Shown one piece after another: positions 15,502-23,944 of a stretch of 40,807 nt of DNA. The notes below the pieces were generated by a model, which was not told where the DNA came from, made no database searches, and saw nothing but the letters and a program-made list of their open reading frames with translations. Position numbers and translations under genes: made by a program. Every line of letters starts with the position of its first letter. Within the stretch, counting starts at the first letter, position 1. Origin of the DNA: Eubacteriales bacterium (lineage in GTDB: Bacteria; Bacillota; Clostridia; Oscillospirales; UBA644); the NCBI GenBank assembly GCA_045647025.1, contig JAZRLW010000157.1:1-40807 (forward strand). The letters run 5' to 3'.

Positions 15502-17316
15502 GTGAAAGAAAAGAAAGATAAAAAGAAGAGAGAAAAGCCTGCCTATTCTCTGTTTTCCAATATACTCTTTATGAGTAAGGTGGCATGGAAAAACGAAAGG
15601 TCAATACTTTTCTCATCCATTTTAAGAATACCTCTCAACACAGCAGCATCTATGATGTCTGCCTATTTGGCAAAGGTTGCAGTTGATTTTATCATAGACG
15701 GAATTACTCCGCAAAAATACGTTCTTTATATAGGGGGATTATTGCTGCTTATTACCTTTATCAATATTATTTCAGGCATAACCTATGGCGACGTAGCTAA
15801 AAAGAGTATACTTAATCGCTTCAGATACACCGAAATGTGGTCGGATAAAATGATGGAACTTGACTACGGCCATCTCGAAAGTCCTGACGTCAGTAATCTG
15901 GCAAAAAGGTCAAAGGGATACATGGGAGGTAATTTTCTTCAGATGTTCGATAACATCTTCGGAGGATTTGCCGACCTCACGACAATAGGCACATTTTCGG
16001 CCTTATTACTGGCACTTAACCCGCTACTCTTCATCCTTATAGTGGGAATGACGGCTCTTGACTTTTACGTAGGTACCCTGACAAATAAATGGGTAACAAA
16101 AAACTATAAAACTCTTACAAAAATAAACAACAAAAGAAACTATCTTAAAAGCAAATCGGCGAGCTTTAACCATGCAAAGGATATCCGCCTTTACGGAATG
16201 AAGGGCTGGATCATGTCTGCATTCAAAGAACTGAACGACCGTTATATATATTGGTTTAAAAAGGAAATGAGAGTTACGTATGCCGTCAGGGCTTTGGGAC
16301 ATCTTATGACCCTTATACGTGATTTAACGGGATACGTATTCCTTATTTTTTCCATAGCAAACGGAAAGATATCCGCAGGTGATTTTGTATTCTACACCGG
16401 GATAATAACCCAATTACACCAAAATCTCAGTTATGTATCCGAAAGGCTAAAAACGCTTAACAAAACAAGCATTGAAATGTCCGAGCTGAGATCTTTCCTT
16501 GACATCCCCGAGGTCTTTACCCAAGATAAAGGGCAGCCTATCCCCACCGAAGCTCCCGAAATAGTCTTTGAAAACGTTACCTTCCGTTATCCTAAAGCAG
16601 AGGATGACACCATTAAAAACGTTTCATTTCGTATTAAAAAGGGTGAAAAGATTGCCCTTGTTGGACGTAACGGCGCGGGAAAGACCACCCTTGTTAAGCT
16701 CATCTGCGGGCTTTACCACCCCACGTCGGGTAAAATATACGTTAACGGAAATGAAATAACCGATTACAATAAGAAAGAATATTTTTCTCTTATTTCCGCG
16801 GTATTTCAGGATATTAACGTTATGCCCCTGTCAATATCGCAGAACGTTGCAATGAAGATTAAGGGAGAAATTAATGAGGAAAAGGTTACCCAATGCCTTA
16901 TAAAGGTCGACCTTCAGGATAAGATACAGTCTTTACCCAACAAGGAGCAAACCGTTTTAGGTAAGAGCTTTTTTGAAGGAGCCATAGATCTCTCGGGCGG
17001 TGAGATGCAAAAGCTTGCCCTGGCAAGAGCCATATACAAGGAAGGTAAGATCATAGTCCTTGACGAGCCCACCGCAGCTCTTGACCCCATAGCAGAACAT
17101 AATATGTATGTAAAATACAGTGAACTTGTTTCGGGAGCAACGTCGGTCTATATCTCTCACAGATTGGCTTCAACCCGATTCTGCGATAGAATACTTCTCC
17201 TTGACGAGGGCGTTATAAAAGAAAATGGTACCCACGAGGAGCTTATGGCAAATAAGGGTATATATGCTGAAATGTTCGATATGCAAAGCTATTACTATAA
17301 GGAGGAAGTAAAATGA
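15502..17316 (+). CDS. ABC exporter, fused permease + ATP-binding protein (module A, subunit 1)
   Basis: N-terminal 6-TM domain. Walker A GRNGAGKTT, signature LSGGEMQK, Walker B IVLDEPTAALD, H-loop YISHRL. GTG start 10 nt after AAGGAG. Confidence 0.9.
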   Translation: MKEKKDKKKREKPAYSLFSNILFMSKVAWKNERSILFSSILRIPLNTAASMMSAYLAKVAVDFIIDGITPQKYVLYIGGLLLLITFINIISGITYGDVAKKSILNRFRYTEMWSDKMMELDYGHLESPDVSNLAKRSKGYMGGNFLQMFDNIFGGFADLTTIGTFSALLLALNPLLFILIVGMTALDFYVGTLTNKWVTKNYKTLTKINNKRNYLKSKSASFNHAKDIRLYGMKGWIMSAFKELNDRYIYWFKKEMRVTYAVRALGHLMTLIRDLTGYVFLIFSIANGKISAGDFVFYTGIITQLHQNLSYVSERLKTLNKTSIEMSELRSFLDIPEVFTQDKGQPIPTEAPEIVFENVTFRYPKAEDDTIKNVSFRIKKGEKIALVGRNGAGKTTLVKLICGLYHPTSGKIYVNGNEITDYNKKEYFSLISAVFQDINVMPLSISQNVAMKIKGEINEEKVTQCLIKVDLQDKIQSLPNKEQTVLGKSFFEGAIDLSGGEMQKLALARAIYKEGKIIVLDEPTAALDPIAEHNMYVKYSELVSGATSVYISHRLASTRFCDRILLLDEGVIKENGTHEELMANKGIYAEMFDMQSYYYKEEVK

Positions 17317-19178
17317 AAAAGAATAGACTTTCCCTTAAACTTATAGCACGCAGCCTTAAGGAGATACATTACATACGCAAAGGATATATGGCCATAAGCT
17401 TGCTTGACGCCGCCTGGGAGGCGTTCCATACATATCCTTCTATATGGATGTCCGCAATACTGTTGGATGCCGTAGCAAGAGGAGAAGATATTAAAACACT
17501 TCTGACCTATGCAATAATTACTGCCGGAGTAGATTTTATCACTCGAGGAATACGCGAGGTATTTCGTTATCTTCAACGCACAGCCGATAGAGAGTTTGAC
17601 GAACAGTACGCTATCCGTTTCTCCCAGTTTAATCTCGATACGGATTACTCGTATATCGAAAATCCCGCTACTCACGAGCTTCGGCGCAAGGTAAACAGAT
17701 TTAAAAACTACAGTAATCAAGGTATACTGTACACGTTCAACTCTTTCCGTAATATTATGTACGGAATCGTTAACCTCATCCTTGCAACGGCTTCAATAAT
17801 TCCCTTTTTCCTTGTTTCGACGTCGGGCGCCGAAACAGCCGGAATAATAGCCTTTGCGGCTTCGCCATTGGCCTCGGCAATAATAGTTGTCATCGTTATT
17901 ATGAGAGCCGTATTCCAGCTCTTCATGACCGCATATGGAGAAAAGTACTGGACAAAATTCAATAAAGAGATCGAGAGCTTCGATAAAATATACAGCCACT
18001 ATATAAAGAGGATTTCTGACCCAAAGATGGGAATGGATATTCGCATATACGGTCAAAGAAAGATAATCGAAGAAGAGATTGAAGGCGTTTTCGTGGATTG
18101 GACAAAAGCAAAAAAGCGTATTCAAAACAAGAACACCCTTCTTGACAGTATATGGTATATATCGCATCTGTTACTATCCGTATGCTCTTATATTTTCATG
18201 GGATTAAGAGTGCTTGCAGGATTGTTTGGAGTAGGTTCTCTACTAAAATATGTCAAGCTTATATCTAACTTCAACAATTCTGTCTCTGAGGTCACATGGG
18301 GAATTGCAAGTTTGGCAACCAATACAGAAGCCTTGGAATTATATTTTGAATATATAGACCACCCCTCCGAAATGCATAAGGGTGTTCTTCCCGTTGAAAA
18401 GCGCATACTCTGCGACGGCGGAGACAAGGACTATGAAGTAGAGTTTAAAAACGTATCTTTTAAGTATCCAGGATGCGATAACTATGTACTTAAAAACGTA
18501 TCTCTGAAATTTAAAATCGGTGAAAAACTTGCCGTGGTAGGTATGAACGGTAGCGGCAAGACCACCTTCATTAAGTTACTTTGCCGCCTTTACGACCCCT
18601 CCGAAGGAGAAATACTTCTCAACGGCATAAACATCAAAAAGTACGACTACGACGAGTATATGTCTATCTTCTCTGTAGTATTTCAGGATTTCAAGCTATT
18701 TTCATTTACCCTCGGTCAAAACGTAGCAACAAGCTCCGAGTATGACCCCGAAAGGGTAAAGGAATGTCTTGAACAGGCAGGTATGGGAGAGAGATTTGAG
18801 CAACTCGAAAACGGCGCGGAGACCTTCCTTTACAGGGACTTTGAGGAAGAAGGGATACAGATATCGGGAGGCGAAGCTCAAAAGATAGCTCTCGCAAGAG
18901 CCCTTTACAGAAACGCTCCCTTCGTTATTCTGGACGAACCCACCGCAGCTCTTGACCCTGTAGCCGTGTTTGATATATACTCCCGTTTTAACAGCATAGT
19001 GGGAGATAGAACCACCATATACATAAGCCATAGACTGTCCTCCTGCAGATTCTGTGATAGTATTATGGTGTTCCACGAAGGCTCCGTAATTCAGCGAGGA
19101 ACTCACGACGAGCTTATGGAAAATACAGACGGTAAATATTACGAGCTGTGGACTTCTCAGGCACAGCACTATTCATAA
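17313..19178 (+). CDS. ABC exporter, fused permease + ATP-binding protein (module A, subunit 2)
   Basis: Walker A GMNGSGKTT, signature ISGGEAQK, Walker B VILDEPTAALD, H-loop YISHRL. ATGA overlap with subunit 1. Confidence 0.9.
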   Translation: MKKNRLSLKLIARSLKEIHYIRKGYMAISLLDAAWEAFHTYPSIWMSAILLDAVARGEDIKTLLTYAIITAGVDFITRGIREVFRYLQRTADREFDEQYAIRFSQFNLDTDYSYIENPATHELRRKVNRFKNYSNQGILYTFNSFRNIMYGIVNLILATASIIPFFLVSTSGAETAGIIAFAASPLASAIIVVIVIMRAVFQLFMTAYGEKYWTKFNKEIESFDKIYSHYIKRISDPKMGMDIRIYGQRKIIEEEIEGVFVDWTKAKKRIQNKNTLLDSIWYISHLLLSVCSYIFMGLRVLAGLFGVGSLLKYVKLISNFNNSVSEVTWGIASLATNTEALELYFEYIDHPSEMHKGVLPVEKRILCDGGDKDYEVEFKNVSFKYPGCDNYVLKNVSLKFKIGEKLAVVGMNGSGKTTFIKLLCRLYDPSEGEILLNGINIKKYDYDEYMSIFSVVFQDFKLFSFTLGQNVATSSEYDPERVKECLEQAGMGERFEQLENGAETFLYRDFEEEGIQISGGEAQKIALARALYRNAPFVILDEPTAALDPVAVFDIYSRFNSIVGDRTTIYISHRLSSCRFCDSIMVFHEGSVIQRGTHDELMENTDGKYYELWTSQAQHYS

Positions 19179-19197
19179 CGACCAGGGAAAAGTACAG

Positions 19198-19234
19198 AAA
19201 AAAAACGGTAAGCTTTCAAGCTTACCGTTTTTTC
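19198..19234. terminator. Bidirectional terminator between convergent ABC and HK-B genes
   Basis: aaaaaaaacggtaagctt-tca-aagcttaccgttttttc: a perfect palindromic stem flanked by an A-run and a T-run. Confidence 0.85.
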
Positions 19235-19245
19235 ATTTTTGAATT

Positions 19246-20523
19246 TTAAACCGGCAATATGACCCTAAGAGAAAACACACCGCCATTTGCGGCAAATTCA
19301 CACAACCCACCGTGCTTTTCGGTAATGGCACATATACTCTGACAGCCATACCCATGCCCCTCTTGGGATGAGATGGGGATTCCGTCCTTTATTTGGATAT
19401 TATCTTTGCAGGGGTTCTTGATTTCTATAAGAAGCTTCCCGTCCTTAACCTCGCAGTAAAGATCAACCTTACCTGGCAACGAGGGAGTTTCTTCAAGGGC
19501 GTGAATGGCATTTTCAAGTCCGTTTGAAAGAAGCGAGCAAAGCTCTGTATCGGGAATGGAAATATCTTTTGGTATTCTGGCGTAAACGGAAAGCTCTATG
19601 CCGCCTTTATCGGCCTTTGAAGTAAAATAGGAACAAAGAAGATTGATAGCCTCGTTTTCGCAAAATCTCTTTTGGGATACAGCCTCGATATCCGAATGCA
19701 CCTTTTTTATGTATTGACGGGCCTGTTCGCTGTTCCCCGAAGAAAGCATTCCATCAAGCATATTGAGGTGATGGCGCATATCGTGTCTGTAAATAGCCGT
19801 TTGACTTGCAGAACGGTGAAGAACCTCCATCTCCACCTCTGCCTGCCGTAAAGACGACTCCACCGCTGCCCGCTGATTTTCGGCAGACAAACGGTTCTGG
19901 GTCTGTACGTGATAAGCAGCCACGAATATGATGTAGAAGATAATTGTAGCGGTGGGAAGAAACTCATTAAGAGCCTTTATTCCCGAATAAAGCATATCGG
20001 AATATACCGCCGTAGCGTAATCAAAAAGGTAATATGCTACGGGCAGGCTTCCAAAAAGGAGAAGGGTGCGGGTAGAATAGGTCATTGCGTGGTATGCGGC
20101 TTTTGTAAAAAAGCGGGAAAGTAGGTAATAAATAACGCCTATAAACAGCGTATAAGTAATCTGCTCCACAAGCTCCGACTTTGTAATAACGAAGGAGACA
20201 AGATTGACCCAGCGGGGTAGCTGACAGCAAAGATAGGCAGTACATACACTGACTATTGCAACGCCCACGGGCTTTTTCAACACAAGAACCAAAACCAAAA
20301 TTATTGGAAGATGTATCAGCACCGGATAGATAAACCTAACCGTATCTGTGCCCCATACAAACCATCCCACCCCCTGCGCTGCAAGAAAAGCACCGGCAAG
20401 CACGAATACCGTTATCTTTTGTCCTATGGCTGTCAATCCTCCAGCTACATTCATGCTTAAAAACACGCCGAACAGAAGTATCAAACAGTAATTGAAGACT
20501 TCAAGTATATCTACAAAATTCAT
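19246..20523 (-). CDS. AgrC-like polytopic sensor histidine kinase (GHKL, HPK10 type; HK-B)
   Basis: The N-terminal ~200 aa carry 6-7 hydrophobic helices. H-box YRHDMRHHLNML, N-box LLSNGLENAIHA, G-box GHGYGCQSI. Confidence 0.9.
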   Translation of the reverse strand: MNFVDILEVFNYCLILLFGVFLSMNVAGGLTAIGQKITVFVLAGAFLAAQGVGWFVWGTDTVRFIYPVLIHLPIILVLVLVLKKPVGVAIVSVCTAYLCCQLPRWVNLVSFVITKSELVEQITYTLFIGVIYYLLSRFFTKAAYHAMTYSTRTLLLFGSLPVAYYLFDYATAVYSDMLYSGIKALNEFLPTATIIFYIIFVAAYHVQTQNRLSAENQRAAVESSLRQAEVEMEVLHRSASQTAIYRHDMRHHLNMLDGMLSSGNSEQARQYIKKVHSDIEAVSQKRFCENEAINLLCSYFTSKADKGGIELSVYARIPKDISIPDTELCSLLSNGLENAIHALEETPSLPGKVDLYCEVKDGKLLIEIKNPCKDNIQIKDGIPISSQEGHGYGCQSICAITEKHGGLCEFAANGGVFSLRVILPV

Positions 20524-20529
20524 CAGTGC

Positions 20530-21255
20530 TCACCTCTTCTTTCTGTCAAAAATCAGTTCTATATAATTCTTCCGCAGTTGAGGATAAAATGATCTTGATA
20601 CGGGAACAGTTCTCCCCGAGTTGGTCACAGCTCCCGAAGGAGAAAGCTCCGAAATACGGAGCATATTAACGATGTATGATCTATGGACCTGCATAAAACT
20701 TTCAAAAGAGATCAACAGGTCCCTATATTCGTTCATAGATCCGAATATCTCGTGAAAAGAGCCGTCGGCAAGATAAAAATAAAGATGCTTGCCGTTTATT
20801 TCAACATATTCAATCAAAGACACGGGCACACGAACAATGGTTGCGCCTTTTTTTAAAATCATAGAGGGGCAGGAACTCTGCTCTGCAAAATACAACTCAT
20901 CAAGAAACGGAATAAGTCTTTCCTGATTAACCGGCTTCAATATATAATCGGTTGCCTTGACTGAATAACTCTCATAGGCAAACTCTGGAGAGGAGGTTAA
21001 AAAAACTATACGGGCAGTACCATCCGTCGCACGAAGTTCCTTTGCAACAGATATACCGTTAATCCCCGGCATAACCACGTCAAGAAGATACAGGTCAAAC
21101 TTCTCCTTCTCGGAGGATTCTATCAAATCAAGAGGATTGAGAAAAGTGCGGTACCGCAGTTGAGCTTCAGGGTGGGAATTTCTCCATATCTCAAGGACGG
21201 AGACTATACGTCCAATCTCATCCACTACGTCATCACATATTGCAATGTACACCAT
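20530..21255 (-). CDS. LytTR-family response regulator (RR-B)
   Basis: IAICDD, YLLDVVMPGINGI, LKPV and the LytTR motif VHRSYIVNM. I prefer ATG 21255, 8 nt after GAGAGG, to the listed GTG 21264. Confidence 0.9.
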   Translation of the reverse strand: MVYIAICDDVVDEIGRIVSVLEIWRNSHPEAQLRYRTFLNPLDLIESSEKEKFDLYLLDVVMPGINGISVAKELRATDGTARIVFLTSSPEFAYESYSVKATDYILKPVNQERLIPFLDELYFAEQSSCPSMILKKGATIVRVPVSLIEYVEINGKHLYFYLADGSFHEIFGSMNEYRDLLISFESFMQVHRSYIVNMLRISELSPSGAVTNSGRTVPVSRSFYPQLRKNYIELIFDRKKR

Positions 21256-21291
21256 GTACACCACCTCTCATATATCATTTTTGCCGGGCTA

Positions 21292-21320
21292 ATTATACCA
21301 TAAAAACAGAGCGATAGCAA
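21292..21320 (-). promoter_or_regulatory. Promoter of the RR-B/HK-B operon
   Basis: Read on the minus strand: TTGCTA (21320-21315), 17-nt spacer, TGgTATAAT (TATAAT = 21297-21292). Confidence 0.55.
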
Positions 21321-21330
21321 TACCGAAATT

Positions 21331-21365
21331 TACATTTCAGGACGAAAATATATACATTTCAAGAC
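21331..21365 (+). promoter_or_regulatory. Direct repeat, candidate LytTR regulator binding site
   Basis: TACATTTCAGGAC (21331-21343) and TACATTTCAAGAC (21353-21365) share 12/13 identity and start 22 bp apart. The pair lies between the two divergent promoters. Confidence 0.55.
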
Positions 21366-21392
21366 AAAAAGCGTCGGAAGCTTTATTTTTCA

Positions 21393-21401
21393 TGATATAA
21401 T
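21393..21401 (+). promoter_or_regulatory. Extended -10 of the RR-C promoter (weak -35)
   Basis: TGaTATAAT at 21393-21401. The -35 position (21373-21378, GTCGGA) is poor and begins 7 bp after repeat 2, the geometry expected of an activator-dependent promoter. Confidence 0.5.
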
Positions 21402-21436
21402 GAAATTGAAAAAAGATAAAAGAGGAGGTTTGTCAC

Positions 21437-22171
21437 ATGATAAAAATTGCCATATGCGATGACAATATCTCTACGCTGGACAGCATGTACAATCTTATCG
21501 ACAAGTACGGCAAGGGACACGGGCTGAGCGTAGACTGCCAGAAATTCCACAGCCCTCTTGACTTGATCGCTGAAATAGAAAGGGGCGCAAAATATGACGT
21601 TCTCTTTATGGACGTACTGATGCCCGGCGAAAACGGAATAGACACCGCAACGGAAATACGCAATTACGACAGTACCGTAAAAATCATCTTCCTTTCATCT
21701 TCTTCTGACTTTGCAGTACAGTCCTATTCTGTGGGAGCCTACTACTATCAGCTTAAGCCCGTATCACAAGATATATTTTTCAAACTGATGGATTCTGTAC
21801 TTTCTGCATGTGAACAGGAAAAATCCAACAGCCTGATCCTCCGATGTAAAAGCGGCATAACCAGAATAGAATTCAAGAGATTGGAGTATTGCGAGGTAAT
21901 ACACCGTACCCTCTTTTTTCACTTATCTGACGGCAATATTCTTGAAAGCATAGGAAGCATGGACGATCTTTACAGCCGCCTTGCTGATAAGGGCGTTTTT
22001 TTGCGTCCACACAGATCATATCTTGTAAATATGGACTACATAAGAACTATGTCTTATAAATCCATCGTTATGATGTGCGGAGATGAGATTCCTCTCCCCA
22101 GAGGGAAATACAGCGAACTTAAAAACTGCTTTATGGAATACTCCTTCAAGAATCACTATCCCGTGTTCTGA
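21437..22171 (+). CDS. LytTR-family response regulator (RR-C), paralog of RR-B
   Basis: IAICDD, LFMDVLMPGENGI, LKPV, HRSYLVNM. It shares blocks with RR-B (MPGxNGI, FL(T/S)SS..FA..SYSV.A..Y.LKPV). Strong RBS AGAGGAGG. Confidence 0.9.
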   Translation: MIKIAICDDNISTLDSMYNLIDKYGKGHGLSVDCQKFHSPLDLIAEIERGAKYDVLFMDVLMPGENGIDTATEIRNYDSTVKIIFLSSSSDFAVQSYSVGAYYYQLKPVSQDIFFKLMDSVLSACEQEKSNSLILRCKSGITRIEFKRLEYCEVIHRTLFFHLSDGNILESIGSMDDLYSRLADKGVFLRPHRSYLVNMDYIRTMSYKSIVMMCGDEIPLPRGKYSELKNCFMEYSFKNHYPVF

Positions 22172-22222
22172 CATTTCATGGACAAGTTGTCAAAGAATGT
22201 CGATTTGATACATTTCAGGTTC
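22171..22222 (+). promoter_or_regulatory. Two further copies of the ACATTTCA box upstream of the TM2 gene
   Basis: ACATTTCATGGAC (22171-22183) and ACATTTCAGGTTC (22210-22222). TATAAT lies at 22262-22267, with a weak -35 (TTTCAT, 22239-22244). Confidence 0.35.
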
Positions 22223-22314
22223 GATTGATACAAAAATCTTTCATCCCCTCGAAATAAATACTATAATATTAATAGGTCTAATGACTACATAAATAAAGTA
22301 GGAGGAAAAATTTC

Positions 22315-22518
22315 ATGAGCAAAATAGCTGCTATTTTAATCACCTTCTTTCTGGGCGGGATGGGTATCCATCGTTTCCTTGCAGGTAAGGTAGGCACCGG
22401 CATCATCTGGCTTGTTACCGGCGGTGTTTTCGGTATTGGTTGGCTTATCGACTTTATTCAGGTTTGCCTCGGCAAGTTCACCAAGAAAGACGGCACACCC
22501 TGGGTTACTGAAGGCTAA
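22315..22518 (+). CDS. TM2 domain-containing small membrane protein
   Basis: Typical TM2 pattern FFLGGMGIHRFLAGKVGTGIIWLVTGGVFGIGWLIDFI. Strong RBS AGGAGG. Confidence 0.85.
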   Translation: MSKIAAILITFFLGGMGIHRFLAGKVGTGIIWLVTGGVFGIGWLIDFIQVCLGKFTKKDGTPWVTEG

Positions 22519-22633
22519 GATCTTCTCATTTTCATTTTTTGTATAAACATGTAGCGGAGCGGTATATGCGGCATATCTGCCGTGTAACCGCACCGTTGCA
22601 TTTTGCCACATATCATAGAAGGGAATTACTACC

Positions 22634-23392
22634 ATGTCAGAAACAATTAAAACAAAAAAAACTCCAGATGAGATATTGGAACTTATAGTTGTTATCATGC
22701 TTGGCATTACTGCTCTCTTTACCGCTTGGGGCAGCTGGATAGGAAGCCTTCACGGCGGTGAACAGGCTACCAGTTATACCACCAGCAACAACCTTGCATC
22801 CGAAGGCAACTCTGAATACAACGCAGGCGTACAGCAGATGAACCAGGATATGCTTCTCTGGAACGACGTCAGCGATATGCAGATGGAAATAATCTTCGCT
22901 CAGGGTAGCGAAGATACCAACACCGTAGAAAAAGTATGCTATCAACTTCTTTACAAGCTTGATGAAAACCTTAGCGAAAGAATGGCGGCAGAAATTGGTT
23001 GGAACTACTATCTCTCCGAAGAAGATTATGCAGACCCCACGGCTACGGTTCTTGCCTGGATGGAAACCGATGCTGCATTCACTTCTCCATTTTTTAGTGA
23101 GGACTATGTAAACGGATATTTTGAAACGGCAAACGAGCTTCTCGCACAGTCCCAGGAAGTTCTTGAAAGCGGTAAAACATCCAATGCCAACGGCGACGCA
23201 TTCGGTCTCGTTACAGTTATTTACAGCGTTGTTCTTTTCCTTTTAGGTATTGTCAGTTCCTTTAACAGCACCAAAAACAAGTTTGCTATTGTTGCTATAT
23301 CTCTTGCGGCATTCCTTTTCGCAACCATTTATATGTTCACCATTCCCATGCCCAACGAGTTTAACTTCGCAAGCTTTTTCACGGGTGCATAA
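22634..23392 (+). CDS. Membrane protein (N-terminal TM, long acidic helical exo-domain, two C-terminal TMs); DUF4337-like architecture
   Basis: Hydrophobic segments LIVVIMLGITALFTAWGSWIGSL, LVTVIYSVVLFLLGIVSSF and FAIVAISLAAFLFATIYMFTI. The family assignment is tentative. Confidence 0.65.
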   Translation: MSETIKTKKTPDEILELIVVIMLGITALFTAWGSWIGSLHGGEQATSYTTSNNLASEGNSEYNAGVQQMNQDMLLWNDVSDMQMEIIFAQGSEDTNTVEKVCYQLLYKLDENLSERMAAEIGWNYYLSEEDYADPTATVLAWMETDAAFTSPFFSEDYVNGYFETANELLAQSQEVLESGKTSNANGDAFGLVTVIYSVVLFLLGIVSSFNSTKNKFAIVAISLAAFLFATIYMFTIPMPNEFNFASFFTGA

Positions 23393-23425
23393 TTGTAAAG
23401 CACGCTATTTGTACTGCTGTTTGAG

Positions 23426-23449
23426 TACATTTTAGGTACGTTTCAGAAC
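23426..23449 (+). promoter_or_regulatory. Two adjacent box-like elements upstream of the lipoprotein gene
   Basis: TACATTTTAGGTA (23426-23438) and TACGTTTCAGAAC (23437-23449), which overlap by 2 nt. TATAAT at 23479-23484. The -35 position starts 6 bp after the second element. Confidence 0.35.
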
Positions 23450-23530
23450 AAATACGATCTTTATCAAAAATTAAAGTTTATAATGTGAATAAGTAACAGA
23501 TTACATAACTAACTTTTGGAGGATATTTCA

Positions 23531-23863
23531 ATGAAAAAAATTATCGCAACAGTATTACTCGCAGTTTTCTGCCTCTCTTTTGCAGCTTGCGGAGGCACCG
23601 ATAAGCAGCCCGCTATCGACGCTTTCAACGCTACCAGCCAGAACTTTAACGAGCTTGCTACAGCAATCAATGCTGATATTGAAGCCTATGACGAAGAAGT
23701 TGTTACTACCTTGACCGATATGGCTAACCTTCTCGCTCAGTATCAGGAAATTCTTTCCGGCGACCAGGAGATCGCCCAGGAAAATCTCGATGAGATGATC
23801 GCTTGGTTTGCTGACGTTGACGAATGGGTAGACGCTGTTAAGGCTGAACTCGGCGTTGAATAA
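23531..23863 (+). CDS. Small acidic lipoprotein, unknown family
   Basis: Lipobox LSFAAC|GG after MKKIIATVLLAVFC. The mature part is helical and acidic. I prefer ATG 23531, 8 nt after GGAGG, to the listed TTG 23516. Confidence 0.75.
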   Translation: MKKIIATVLLAVFCLSFAACGGTDKQPAIDAFNATSQNFNELATAINADIEAYDEEVVTTLTDMANLLAQYQEILSGDQEIAQENLDEMIAWFADVDEWVDAVKAELGVE

Positions 23864-23883
23864 TATTTAATTCGATTTCAGGC

Positions 23884-23912
23884 GGGCGCGGATTTACCGC
23901 GCCCACTTTTTT
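23884..23912 (+). terminator. Rho-independent terminator between the lipoprotein and protease genes
   Basis: Stem gggcgcgg (23884-23891) pairs with ccgcgccc (23897-23904), followed by acttttttc. Confidence 0.85.
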
Positions 23913-23944
23913 CGCTTTCTGAATTTATACTAAAAGGTGATCTT

